Source: Octopus vulgaris
Lineage: Eukaryota
Reading direction: 5' to 3'
Assembly: GCA_951406725.2 (NCBI GenBank)
Contig: OX597817.1
Span: 33,542,001-33,606,000, forward strand
DNA: 64,000 nucleotides
Below, in pieces: positions 37,186 through 51,166 of this stretch. Under the pieces are notes generated by a model. The model was not told where the DNA came from and searched no databases. It saw nothing but the letters and a program-made list of their open reading frames with translations. Each line of letters opens with the position of its first letter. Position 1 is the stretch's first letter. The position numbers and the translations under genes are program-made.

Positions 37186-38599
37186 ATGCCCCAGAAGTGC
37201 TCAGTTGAGTCGAAAAGTGTTTGTTCCGATAAAACATTTACTGATTTATGTGAAAAAATTTCCAGGCTAGGACTGAATTAATAAACGCACACGAAACAGC
37301 ATTATGTTAAAATACCTTGTATACACATTTATAAGATGCATTAGTCGGGGGTGTTTGTCTCTGAAGGCACCAAAACCAGTTGAAACACTTTCTGGCGATC
37401 CACTGGCGTTCTGAGCGAAGACTTGTGATATTAAGACGAAGGTTTGAGAAGTTTCCCCGAGACAAAATATTAAAGCTTGTACAGCTCCACTTTTGTATAC
37501 ACATATATGTGTATACACACCAATATTTATATCTCCGGCCGTTTCAAGAACCTATATTACTTTTTTTCCTAGCTTGGCTAAATTTCGCACAAATCAGTAA
37601 ATGTCAATGCATCAAACCAGCCTGCATAGACTACACTCTGTAGATGAGATCAAACAAAAGTGCGTGCATAGTTGTCCCCTGCCTGCAAAGATCAGACTTT
37701 CATTCTCCATGAGCATGTAAATTAATTCTGAGATTTTAATTGATTTCTGAAAATTATCTTTCTTTTTGAAAAGGATGGAGGTGATGTCAATAATAATTTC
37801 CGCTAAGTTTTTGTTTTCTTTCTCCAATGAAGAAGGTATTTCAATTAATTCAGAACCTTTCCGTATGATATTCAACACATTATCCTTAACTTATTTATCG
37901 TTACTTATAAATCGACAGGTGCCATTGCACAAACTAAATCTAGTTCACTTTAAGGACAACTGCGTATACATGTATCGTCGAACTATTTAAGTTCTTTGTT
38001 GCAAACTAGCAAGAGAAACCTCTACATGACTGCTCGACCCACAAGAGATAGAAGATGAATCTCTCGCAAATTACACCCAAACATCTTAAAAATCTGGAAG
38101 GATGTATTGAAAAATATGGTACTGCATATAAAAAAGACATGCGCTTTCTACAGCTGCAACGTATTTGACTTGAATTTTGTTTGCCCTTGGCTGATGTGAG
38201 GCTAATCGACAACAACAGTAAAAACACCTACCACCACCACCACCACTTTGCTGTGAAAATATAAACAAGAAGCCTTGTTTTGAATTCACAGAAAAGTCAT
38301 CCTAGATAACTGAAAAAAAATCGTTAACTATATGAATCCTATTTTATAGCAAACATATTTCCCACACTACAGTTGATATTAAATCAACTTTCCGCTCCGA
38401 AAAGTTTATTTATATTTTGATCGATCCATATTTTTGGAATATGTCACGATGCGCTGTTGTTTATTCCAGCCAGATAAATTTTAGAAAATTAGTTAATGTT
38501 TCTATAAGATATAAAATCTTTATGGATAAGGTAATATTCACTGGTTCCGGCTTGAATACCAGTATTCTGTTGATAGTAGCAATACAAAATTTAAGTCGT

Positions 38600-39950
38600 C
38601 TTGTTAAGAAATATATCAGGCTATTATAAAAAGCACGGTTTCTCACAAGGCCAAAGAAAGTATTTGTGCGCTCAGGGCGAGTAACATAGAGCATTGTCGA
38701 AGATGTTGCGAGTTGTATTGGACCGGTCATTTCTGTCACGAAGGCTATATAGAACGGTGGATTTTTGTCCCTGGACCTAAAGATGTGTGTACGCTGAGTT
38801 AACTCTGCCTTAAAGTCATTGGCTGTAAGTCTCGTGTAATTCCTCCTCGGAGTACTACCAGATGGGTAAGGGTCATCCTATAGAATACTGCCTTAGAAAA
38901 ATACAATCTCTTTTAGTGGACGTGTACTTTGATTTTAACAGTTGCAGACAAATCCTTAAGATACAACCTGTGCGTACTTTGTTTCTGTTGTAGCGTGCGA
39001 TGCTGGAAGTTATATGACCGAGACAAAAGTAACTAATCTTCACGTTACAAACATTAAAAGGTTTGTTTCATTTGCGTGCTTAGAAAGGGTTGACTAATAA
39101 AGCATAAAAAGTTCCTAGCTATGTTTGTAGAGATATCTAGGAAGAACTATATTTTTTTCTTCCTTTATTCGGAGTAGGAATAACGATCTTTTTACACTTA
39201 TTTCCCACGAAAGCCATTCCTTACTGACACCTCGTTCTTGTGGGTGCTGTCCTGTCGAAGATATTTCTAACTAAGGATAAATAAAAAAAAAAGCTACTTC
39301 TACTAGCTTCGGCTGCTGAGTTTCTAATTATGGCATGAAGTTTCAAATTATGGCTTTTCAAGTTTTATAGAGAAATACCTACTTGACTTCAGGTCTAAAA
39401 TAATGTCCAAGAAATGAGTAGAGTTAGCTTTAATAGAAAGCTTAGAGGATTTGGGCTTATAATAATGTAATAATATTTAAGCCAATATCTTCGAGAATAC
39501 TTTTTAAAAAGTTAATCTATCCCTAGTACAACATTTATATAATAAATGCCAAGCTATCGTTTCTGTACATAGCCGAAATGTGGGGTGAAATGCGCTTCTT
39601 GAGGGTGTCGACGAGGATTAATCCAACTAAATCCGCACTTGCAACTCCACGGTAACTCCACATAGAGACGTCAAACTAATAGTCCACTTTCTTTCATTTA
39701 CCTAGTAGAAGTCACCATGATATGAGAGTGCCTACCTGGCATTCATGATTAATCTAATACCATGGCTGATAACCCTAGTTAGTTGCTTTCTTAGTCACTT
39801 GAAGCTTTCAATAGGAAGGATTTTGATACAGAAGGAAATAAATCCGCGTTATAAACTGAGTGAATCGCCTGGTTTAATATCACCACCTAGCATATTGGCT
39901 GTGTTCCTCTATTGTAAACATTTGGGCCAGGTTTCCGGGTTGCAATTACC
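38600..39950 (-). mobile_element. Degenerate Penelope-like retroelement (RT, Cys linker, GIY-YIG remnants)
   Basis: FDVSMWSYRGVASADLVGLIL..ISAMYRNDSLAFI (39675-39540) matches PLE FDVTMGSYDGAE..ELVGL..GLYRDDGL. CNC*NQSTRPL at about 38946 matches CNCR...CPL. TANDFK..TQ...FR follows downstream. Confidence 0.7.
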
Positions 39951-42326
39951 TCCCTTTTTCCTACCAATCTCGAAGGTTCTATAAGGGCCATAATTACTGT
40001 CATTTCCTCCTGAAAAAGAGAGAGAAACTACATCTCTATGTGTTAGAAACAGCAGAAAAGTTCTCCCTCTCAAATCACAACCGACCATCTTAAAAAGGAC
40101 ATATTTAATAACTAGTCATAGAGACGCCTAAATAGTCAGAAAATCACGACTGGAATGTCTTTCATCATTAGTATTATGGATCAACCTTGATCTGGTGATA
40201 AACCATAACAAATACGCATCGGCCTTATAGCGAACCTACACTGGTCTGACAACAGTTATACACAAATATTTGCATAGAACACACACATTAGAGTAAACAC
40301 AAACTGGTTTTACAGCAAATACACCCAAACTTAATTAATGCTAATATTTTCTTCCATGTCTCTTCAAGAATGTAAATATTAGGTTTATTTGTTATAGAGA
40401 CGTTCCTCCTGCTTTAGCAGCAGGCAGTTAATTTGAAATATTTCCCAAAATGATGGCTCTTTCTGTTCAATTACATGTTAACATTAATATCAAGCTAAAC
40501 ATAATATGGAGACTAGAAGATATATTTTGTTTCATATGATAGTCTTCAGAACCTGTTAATAGAGCGCCAGTTTGACCAGGTCAAACTATCGATTAAGATA
40601 ATGAAGATAATTGTCTTATGGTTGAATTCGGTGTAGGATAACTTAATGGAAAATATAATTTGGAATAAACGAGAAAGAAACTGATAATAAAATAAAACGA
40701 ATAAAAATGTTGAAACTTGCAGAATTTGATCATGGCTGTTATCGTTTAACCCTTTATTTTTATTGATTTGTAGCGCTGTTTAGCAAAAATATGGTGGTTG
40801 ATACCATTTGGCAAAAGTACTATGTCGTTTAACAAAACGTATCAGTTTTTGATGCATATGTAAAATGTAGTAGTAGTAGTAGTAGCAGAAGCAACGCTGT
40901 TGTTGAATCTGATCGAACAGACAAATGACCAAAGGCGTCACAGACGTGACAATCTAGTCTTAACTCTACATACTGGAAACATATGATAGAGCCACATTCA
41001 CTAACGTTTTCTTTTTTTAACATGGTATGATTCGAATTGAGAGAGTATTTTTTTCACCAGTCGAGTGACTACGTACGAGCTCTCTCGTTTGTTTGGTTAA
41101 TCTAATATTTTAAGAAGTCTTTTCTCAATACGCTGGAAACAGAGGACTACATTAACAGGCGTCTTAGATTTTAAAAGAAGGCAGGATTTGATTTAATGGT
41201 GATTTCACTGTTTTTATCCCAGGTCGAGCGATCATGTCGATGCTCTCTCTCATTAGCTTGTTTAATACGACATGGTAACAAGGTGTGAATATATTGATCA
41301 AAGCAATCTTGATTTTGTGAATCATTTATGTAAACAGAAGGCCATAAATTTTAGGCAAAAAATAGTCAATAATAACAGTATTTGACTGATACTTCATTTT
41401 ATCGATCTTGAAACGATGAAATCAAAGTTGACCTTGGTGGATTTGAGCTCAGAACATAAAAGGCCGGAACAAATACTACAAGGCTCTGCCAATTCGCTGC
41501 CCTAATCTTATATTTAAGTCCCAGTTGTTATCATTATTTAGCCCCAGTTTTACTTTGGTCAAAGACATTCCAGCAATGGCTATCTTGTATTTTTGTATAT
41601 CTATAACAACATTATCATATCATTACACATTTTTGTTACAATAGGGTGTATTTCAGAAAGATTTGCTAGCTATTTCTAGCAGATCTAAAGGCCATGAAAA
41701 GGTTTCTTTCTGTGTATATATTTGGCCATGCCACCACTCCCCTACACACTTGAAGTCGAGATAAGAAATCGTTCGTTATCTACTTTATATAATTTAATTA
41801 CAATTTATAATGACTTACATTTAGAATTTACAATTTAATTAAGTTATTTTTCAATTTACAATTTAATTAAGTTATTTGATTGAATTACTTTCAATAATTC
41901 ATCAATTACAGAATTTACTTTCTTACCATATTGATTACAGAATTTCATTGGAAAAGCATTATTAGTAGCTTGCACGAAAATGGTAAATTTTTTTTGGGAA
42001 AATTTTGTTAATCTTTTACTGAAGGCTAAAAAGCAGCTAATCATGACTTGATTAATTTATTCTTTGATGCTCATCAAAGAATAAATTTTGCTTTGTTTTC
42101 GGTGAAAAAAAAGTAAATATAAAATATAAACAGCCGCAAAGAATGTCTAGTTCTTGTAGTTTCCCCCTATGCCAGCTCTGATAGAGACAGATATATAATC
42201 ACAAACAGCCTGACCGTGCCCATTGGCAGTGCGGCACTGTGCAATGTGTCTTTCCTTTACAAAAGAAAAGTTTGAAATTTGAGGGTGGTTTGGTTGCTCT
42301 CCAACAGGTCGAACTACCGTATAAAG

Positions 42327-42533
42327 CAGGGGTAGGCAAACTTTTTTGATCGCGGGCCGCACAGTGCGTCTTTGGAACCTTGGCGGGCCTCATTTATAAA
42401 AATCAAGTGAAAATATTGTGAATTACCGTACAACTAAAACAGTTACGAAGTATCTGCATAGAAGTTGGGATTCATAAAAGCTCTCGGCGGGCCGCATGAA
42501 AACCTATGGCGGGCCGTAGTTTGCCCACCCCTG
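42327..42533. mobile_element. Non-autonomous hAT MITE (207 bp) with 8-bp TSD
   Basis: Termini CAGGGGTAGGCAAACT and AGTTTGCCCACCCCTG, with GCGGGCCG subterminal repeats. TSD GTATAAAG at 42319-42326 and 42534-42541. Confidence 0.92.
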
Positions 42534-42903
42534 GTATAAAGGTTTCTTCGTTGATTCGACAAAATGTGTTGGAGATCATTGCCGTTTTTTATTACTGCCT
42601 TATCTTCCAATAGGCTTGGTTTATTTTAGTACAATTAGTAATAAAAATACTAGCTAAAGATTAAACAAATAGGGTTAGGCTAGTAAGTATTTCATCAGAT
42701 ATTTACCTAAGATAACGAAAGGAAATATAAGTTGTCTACATGTGTTGAAATCAGACATCACAATATATTTCAGAAGTTCGCCGATTCCAAAGCCTTATGA
42801 GTAAAATTCGATAGACGGAGAAGTAGACACAGTCAGATATAAACTTAATTGTTGCATATCATTCTGTTATTATTTAATTTCACGCGACGCATCCATTTCC
42901 AAG

Positions 42904-42982
<79 letters not shown>

Positions 42983-43383
42983 TCAAATTTTGAAACGATA
43001 AAGAGCTTAAATACATTCTAAATAGTCTTCATCTGTATCGTATAGAGGGTTGATATGGATAACATTTGCATACACATGTATCTAAATCATTATATAACAT
43101 ACACGCACGCACACATCTTGGTGGTGCATCTCTGTCGTTCGCCTGAGTTTTGGGGGGGAGTAACTGATTAACTTGCTCCTGATTTAAAGAGACGTATAAC
43201 CATAGCGTAGTTCTTACAAGGTACAGCAATGTCGTAAATTTTAAATTACAGATGCTAGCTACCTGTTAAGCTTCTATAGAGTTACCGTTTACCTAATTTT
43301 ATTCACAAGTTAGCTATGGATCGACATGTGACTATAGAAAATGATAATATTTACTTATATATACAGATATGTATAGATACATT

Positions 43384-44016
<633 letters not shown>

Positions 44017-44039
44017 TTAGTCAACCCTATATATATATA

Positions 44040-44227
44040 CTCTTTTACTTGTTTCAGTCATTTGACTGTGGCCATGCTGGAGCACCGCCTTTAGTCGAGC
44101 AAATCGACCCCAGGACTTATTCTTTGTAAGCCTAGTATTTATTCTATCGGTCTCTTTTTGCCGAACCGCTATGTTACGGGGACGTAAACACACCAGCATC
44201 GGTTGTCAAGTGATGTTGGGGGGACAA

Positions 44228-44268
<41 letters not shown>

Positions 44269-44430
44269 CGACGGGCTTCTTTCAGTTTCCGTCTACCAAA
44301 TCCTCTCACAAGGCTTTGGTCAGCCTGAGGCTATAGAAGACACTTGCCCAAGGTGCCATGCAGAGGAAATGAACCTGGAACCATATGGTTGATAAGCAAG
44401 CTACTTACCACACAGCTACTTCTGCGCCTA
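44040..44430 (-). mobile_element. SINE family A
   Basis: Direct similarity to the other family A copies. Confidence 0.9.
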
Positions 44431-44435
44431 TATAT

Positions 44436-44480
<45 letters not shown>

Positions 44481-45195
44481 CGCACGCGCACACACATACA
44501 TGCACTGGCAAAATGGTTCGTTTTTGTTTACATTTCAACACAGAATTGGTTATATTTTCTTGTAGCGACCTATTCTTATTTATTTATAATCAAATTATGA
44601 AGAAGAAAATACCAATAGACTAATGGAAGTAATATTTTCCTGCCAGACTGTGTTTACAGTAACGAACGAAGGTTATATTTTTCAAGAGCCATCTTCCCAA
44701 GAACTCATAACATAGACATGCGCTGTTGTAAATAATCTGGAAGGTCGAAGTACTAGACTAGCTATCCAGTATATACAAGTTAAAAAATCCAATTCACCCA
44801 CTACATGTGTACATAGCTGCATACATGCAGTCTCATGTTTTATGTATAAATAGAGTACTAATAATGAAAGACTACGCACATAAATGCATATAATTCAGGC
44901 TACCATACGGTCTGTTTTCTTGATGAACCTATTAGCTTTTTCGCTCTCACAAAGGAATTTATTAATCCGTCTTCTTATTGCATTTTAATACTCCGTATTG
45001 TAGTTCGTTTATCAATCAAAGAGAAGTTTGAACGTATTTCGTTAATTATTTCATATGAAATAGCTTCAGGTCATCGTCCGAAGAAGCTTTAAATGCATTA
45101 TATAGCTACATAAATTTGCACACATATACATAAGCGCACGCACTCTGCATATGTTTGTGATTACGTGTCCATGTTCCCATATATATATATATATT

Positions 45196-45228
<33 letters not shown>

Positions 45229-45462
45229 ATATTATTTATATCATATATATATATTATTTATATCATATATATATATTATTTATTATATATATATAATTAT
45301 TTATTATATATATATATTATTTATTATGCATATGATTATTTATTATATTATATCATATATATATATATCATTTATATTATTATATAACACATACACACAC
45401 ATATCTATGCATGAGTATGTAAATATATTGAGTCTGGATACATTTGAAAGTTCTATGAATCT

Positions 45463-46160
45463 CTGAGCGAGAATTAAGTAGTAACAGTACTACAGAATAA
45501 AGTCTATTTGCCACCGTAAAGTGGCAATCCTGATTACGACGATGTTTCTATGCTTTTTAGCCCCAACAAAACATCTTTTCCAGTTGACTATCGACGCACA
45601 ACTGCGTCCTTATACCTCGAACAAGGGAGCTTATGTCTTTGCTCAGATTTAAACGGTACCTGCGGAACAATGGTATCTGGATTATTTCGAGATATAAGGA
45701 CGCAGTTGTGTGTCGATAGCCAACTGAAAAAAGATGTTTTCCTAAGGCTAATAAAGGTAGTAACATCGTCCTACTCGGGACTGTTATTTTATGTTGGCAA
45801 ATATATTTATTCTGTAGTACTGTTACTACTTATTTCTCACTCAGCGATTTAAAACCAATTTCTTTTCTTCTAACGAAATCACTGTCCGTGTTTCATTTTA
45901 AAAGTATATACCTCGAGTAAAGCCTAGTGTTACCATCTCTAGCCAACGGTTATCCTGTGCCGATGAAAGGAAATAACCCAGATACCATTGGTCCGCAGGT
46001 ACCGTTTAAGACTGAGTGGAGACATTAGCTCCCTTGTTCAATGTATAAGGACGTAGTTGTGCGTCAATAGTCAGTTGAAAAAGATGTTTTCCTGGGGCTA
46101 GAAAAGGTATTAACACAGTTCTAATTAGGACTGCCACTTTACGTCAGCAAATAGACTTTA
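45463..46160. mobile_element. Three-arm inverted-repeat MITE-like structure related to the TIRs flanking the YR element
   Basis: 45463-45620 pairs with 45687-45845, and 45497-45686 pairs with about 45973-46160. Shares GTACT..TAA..TTGCCA..TAA..TGGCA.TCC and GTCC.TTATA.C.TCGAACA motifs with 13486-13659. Confidence 0.7.
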
Positions 46161-47316
46161 CTATATATATACACACACACACAGATATATATATATATAT
46201 ATATATCTGTACTTGCTAAAAGGCTTCTTTGGCAGGTTCTTTTGAACTGAAAATATATATTAGCTACACCTTTTTGTATAAAACATGCATGTATCTGTAC
46301 ATAAACACACACATCTGTGTAACTGAGTGTCTGTATGTACGCGTATGCATCTTAGTGCGCGTGTGTATGTAAGTGCGTGGGCTTGTATTGTGGGGGCGAG
46401 AGTCAGTTATAAGTAAAATACATGTGCGCACTTATTTTGTCATTTAATTTTCATAATATATGAAAGTTAAATGAAAATATGTGTATACACATGTATTTTG
46501 GAAGGCAGTCTCACACGCATACAAATTGCGTTTCATTTTATAAAAAGACGGTGAACCACATGAAATTGTTGGAAGAAAAAAATATATATTTATTTTAATT
46601 AAATAGTATCATTCTTAAGAAAATAAATGTATCTATTCTTAATTTTTCTTCTGGTCGGAAGTTAATTTCCTTCTGTCTCCTCCCATTATTAGTGATTATA
46701 TTAGTTTTAACCTGCTGTTGGATTTTTGTAAAAGATGGGACTATAATTAGATACCATGACGGCAAATACTGCCATCGCCATAGTCTTCTTCCTTTATTGA
46801 CCCAACATGCCGGAATCTAGATAAAACATCCATTTCTGAAAGAATGGTGAATCGTTTTGTAATCAAATCTGAGGCACGTAGAGATGCAAGAAGTTAAACA
46901 GTTATTGAATATGAAAAGAATTACCGATATGTTGATAAGCTTGGCTAAAAGTACAATATTGTATTTTCATTTTTATGAAATTAACTTAATCTGTGTCATT
47001 GTTTAAATAAAGTTTTAACTCGTTTCAGTAAATCCACGCATATAATTATGATAGCAGGATTTTCAACTACGAGCAGCAGCGATTGATGAAAGCCTTCTTT
47101 ATTTAAAACAGGTTTGAATTACAATTTCGTGATGTAAAATGCCTCGCCTTATTTTTTCCGGCTCCTTACATTCTGAGTTCAAATACTGTTGCAGTCAACT
47201 TTGCCTTTCATTCCTTTGGAGTCGATAAAATAAAGTATCAGTCAAATACTAAGGCTGGTGTAATTGACTAGTCCTTTCCCTTAACCGTTCACTTATGGAA
47301 ATCATTTTCATAAGTT

Positions 47317-48370
47317 GGTGCCTTCCTCTCAGATCGCTCCTTCCAAGTTCAAGTTAATGGTTCGCGGTCCGACGTCTCCAGTGCGAGCAGTGGCGTGCCT
47401 CAAGGTTCAGTGCTTGGGCCCTTGTTGTTCTTAGTCTTCATAAATGACTTGCCCGACGACCTCACGCAACACACCCTTCTATTTGCCGACGATATCAAAC
47501 TGGTCGCTCCTCGCGGTAGTATAGAGGATCTTCGTCGATGCCTCCACCAAATTTGGAAGTGGTCTAACGATTGGGACCTGTGTCTGAACGTGTCAAAGTG
47601 CTGTCATCTGCCTGTTGGCTCTACTCCTGCAACTCAACTTGATTTCGAGCCGGGTCGTCTGCTTCTGGAGAGGACCGATCAGGTAAAGGACCTGGGTATC
47701 TTGGTGGATTCCTTCTTTTCTCCTTCGGTTCAGTGCGTCCATGCTGCCAACAAAGCGCGCGGAATTCTGTTTTTGATTCGACGGTCATTCGGAATGCTCA
47801 CAGCAGCCATATTCCTACCACTCTATGTCACGCTGGTGAGACCCATATTGGAGTATGGGATTCAAGCCTCTTCTTATCTCCTCAAAGACATACAGCATCT
47901 CGAAAGAGTCCAGAGGCTGGCTACCCGCATGGTTCATGGTCTCAAAAATTTGTCCTACGAAGAAAGGCTGAGGACGCTCGACCTTTATTCTCTTGAAAAA
48001 CGCCGCCGCCGTGGTGATCTCATTCTCGCCCACAACATCATAAGCTAGAAGTGTAACCTCTCGAAAGAGCTGTTCTTCAATCCTGCTCCGGAGCGTCGAC
48101 TGCGGGGTCATTCCGAAAAGCTCTACCTGCGACGATTTCATCTCAATCGAAGGAGAGGAGCTTTCTCCGTCCGGGTTGCGGATCCGTGGAACAAGCTGCC
48201 AGACGAGATGGTGAAGATGCCGACGACCGCTTTGTTCAAAGCCTCCCTGGACCTCAAGTGGCCTGAACTCTTTACATGAACACCACCCTGTACTTAACTC
48301 CATGTCCCCCTACATGGCCTTGCTATTTGCTTTTGAGCCAAATTAACTAACTAACTAACTAACTAACTAA
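47317..48370 (+). mobile_element. 5'-truncated, young CR1-group LINE (RT C-terminal half to 3' end) with (TAAC)n tail and 8-bp TSD
   Basis: GVPQGSVLGPLLFLVFINDL, LLFADDIKL, KDLGILVD, LYVTLVRPILEY, LERVQRLAT and SLEKRRRRGDLI. One in-frame TAG at 48046-48048, after which the frame continues LRGH..KL...WNKLP..FKASLD. TSD CATAAGTT at 47309-47316 and 48371-48378. Confidence 0.93.
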
Positions 48371-48928
48371 CATAAGTTTGTCCTAAACGTCTATGCTGGT
48401 TTTCGGACTTGTAGTTAACCTTTGTTTCATAGCTTTCTTTTCATAAGTCCCAGGTTACTCGGATGGTTGTAAAGAAAATAGGAATGTGTGTTATACATGA
48501 TGTGTAGATGCCAGGGAAATATGTCCAGTGTATCATATGCGATACACGGTTTCTGATTTAGGTACAAGGCCAACAATTCTAAACAACCACTTTTTCCGCT
48601 GCTTACGTTTTAAGTTCAAATCTTGCTGAAGTCAGCTTTGTCTTTCATTTATTTGTGGCTGAGAAAATAAAGTACCAGTCAAGATCACTTTAATAGACCT
48701 GCTCCCTCCCTCAAAATTGCTTGCCTTGTGTCTAAATTAGAATCAACTATATTTTGATATTATCTCCCTAATATGTTTTGTATTCTATTTGTAATTCATT
48801 TTGAAAACCAAAATATATTTCTTCTTTGACAGTTCACAACATGATGACACACATATCTTCTTAATGTCAATTTACCACCAAGTCTTTCAGCATTCGATTT
48901 AGGACTCATACACAAATTAGCCTCATAC

Positions 48929-48983
<55 letters not shown>

Positions 48984-50199
48984 TTTAGACTTCGTTTTCA
49001 TTCGAAGGTGGACTAAGTGATGAGACAAACTACTATCATACAAGCTATTAGATATTTAGTCGGTTATTGTTGTCATTTCTGCTTCTCATACCTACAGGGG
49101 CTGGATTGGTCGATGGTAAAACATTTAACCTAATTTACTTACGTCTCTCTACGTCCTGAGTTCAATTCCCAAGAGGCAACATTTTTCCTTACGCTGTGGC
49201 CGATGAAATAAGTACCAGTAGTATGCTTAGAATTGTTTTAATCTACTACAACCTTCCCCAATAAGTTCATGGTATTGTGTAAGAAATAATTTATTCTTGC
49301 AAGATGAACAGTTGTTTGGCTGAATTGGTAGAAAACAGGACGAAATCTCTCACAGAATTTACTAGTTTCATTTCTTTATGTTCCGAGTTCAAGTGATACA
49401 TCTGGTTTCCTTCCAAGATGGGATATCCGACATATACGAAGTAAATTCAATTAACTATAGATTCTAATGAGAGAAATATTGTTATTTCCAAGGAGGCTGC
49501 AATAACTGATTGAAAATCTAGTAGGTACTTACATCATCTTGGTGAACATCTGGAGCACATCCTCAACTTAAGTTACATCTGGTTTGATTGTATTTTAAAA
49601 AGTTGTCATTCCTCCTCCCTTTCATTTCCCCCTTAATTTGGTTGCTTCATTGGAGTAGTAAATTTGCTCAAATTCTTAGCTGCTCCCTTATTTTTCAATC
49701 TTGGGAGGACCAATTAAAGTTTATCGGCTGCATCTTAACTCAGAGCATAGAGGAAAGTTTATTATGGCAGAATTTTAACTTCGAACGTAAAGGGCCGTAA
49801 CTAAATATCGTTCTGACTATTCTACCCAATCTTTCGCCCTGATCAACCCAGATGGCGTATGCGGCTCGTAGATGGCATACTTCAGTGTTTGAAAGGTAAA
49901 TAATGAATAATGGGTGGTATCAGCGGCATGGGAATGAGTGTGGTGAGAGGCGACATCACAAAGATCGAATACACATGAGGAACAATGTGAGGGGTATAAC
50001 AACACAACTTTCGGCCACAGCAGAATCTGCAGTGAATTTATGTCAGAGATAAACCTCTTAGCACATATTGTGATGTAATCTGAATCCTGTACACGGACAG
50101 CTTATCTAGATTCTCACGCTTTGTTGATGTCAAAGACGTTGAAATACTGGTGAGCGACATATTAAAGTACATCCGTAATAGATATACTCTTACTCCCTT

Positions 50200-50597
50200 T
50201 TACTCTTTTACTTGTTTCAGTCATTTGACTGCGGCCATGCTGGAGCACCGCCTTTAGTCGAGCAAATCGACCCCGGGACTTATTCTTTCTAAGTCCAGTA
50301 CTTATTCTATCGGTCTCTTTTGCCGAACCGCTAAGTGACGGGGACGTAAACACACCAGCATTGGTTGTCAAGCAATGCTAGGGGGACAAACACAAACATA
50401 TACACACACACCCATACATATATATACATATATACGACAGGCTTCTTTCAGTTTCCGTCTACCAAATCCACTCACAAGGCATTGGTCGGCCCGGGGCTAT
50501 AGCAGAAGACACTTGCCCAAGATGCCACGCAGTGGGACTGAACCCGGAACCGTGTGGTTGGTTAGCAAGCTACTTACCACACAGCCACTCCTGCGCC
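50200..50597 (-). mobile_element. SINE family A, full length
   Basis: Nearly identical to 26340-26707. Confidence 0.9.
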
Positions 50598-51065
50598 TAT
50601 GATGTAATGTATGTATTTATGTATGTATGTATTTATGTATGTATTTATGTATGTATGTCTCTTCTATTTTTTAATTATGATAAATCTTCCACTGAGGAGG
50701 GAGCCTGTTTCCAACAAAGATACAAAGCTCATCTTTGTGATGTAGTTAACACAGACAAATTCATATTTGAAACTTGAGAAAAGTCTTGCTTATTTTTACT
50801 ATTCCACTCACAGATTGGACTTGCAATGTACGAATCAGCCGGTCAATTTCTCTTTCTGAAAATCCCAGTTTATCTAGATCTCCTTTAAGTATTTACCAAC
50901 AAAACCTAGTGCTCCAATTATTATTGGTATGAATAGAAATTCATAGTCTGGATATAGAAGCTGGAGGTTTCATTTTTTCACTCTGCGGAGAAATGGCTAA
51001 AATTTGCCCTGTTTATAATTATACCATGCTACATACATAATATATCATATCTTGATACTGTGTGG

Positions 51066-51166
<101 letters not shown>

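Noticed and set aside
47815-48303. 162-aa minus-strand ORF
   Set aside because: It is the antisense shadow of the GC-richer CR1 RT coding sequence.
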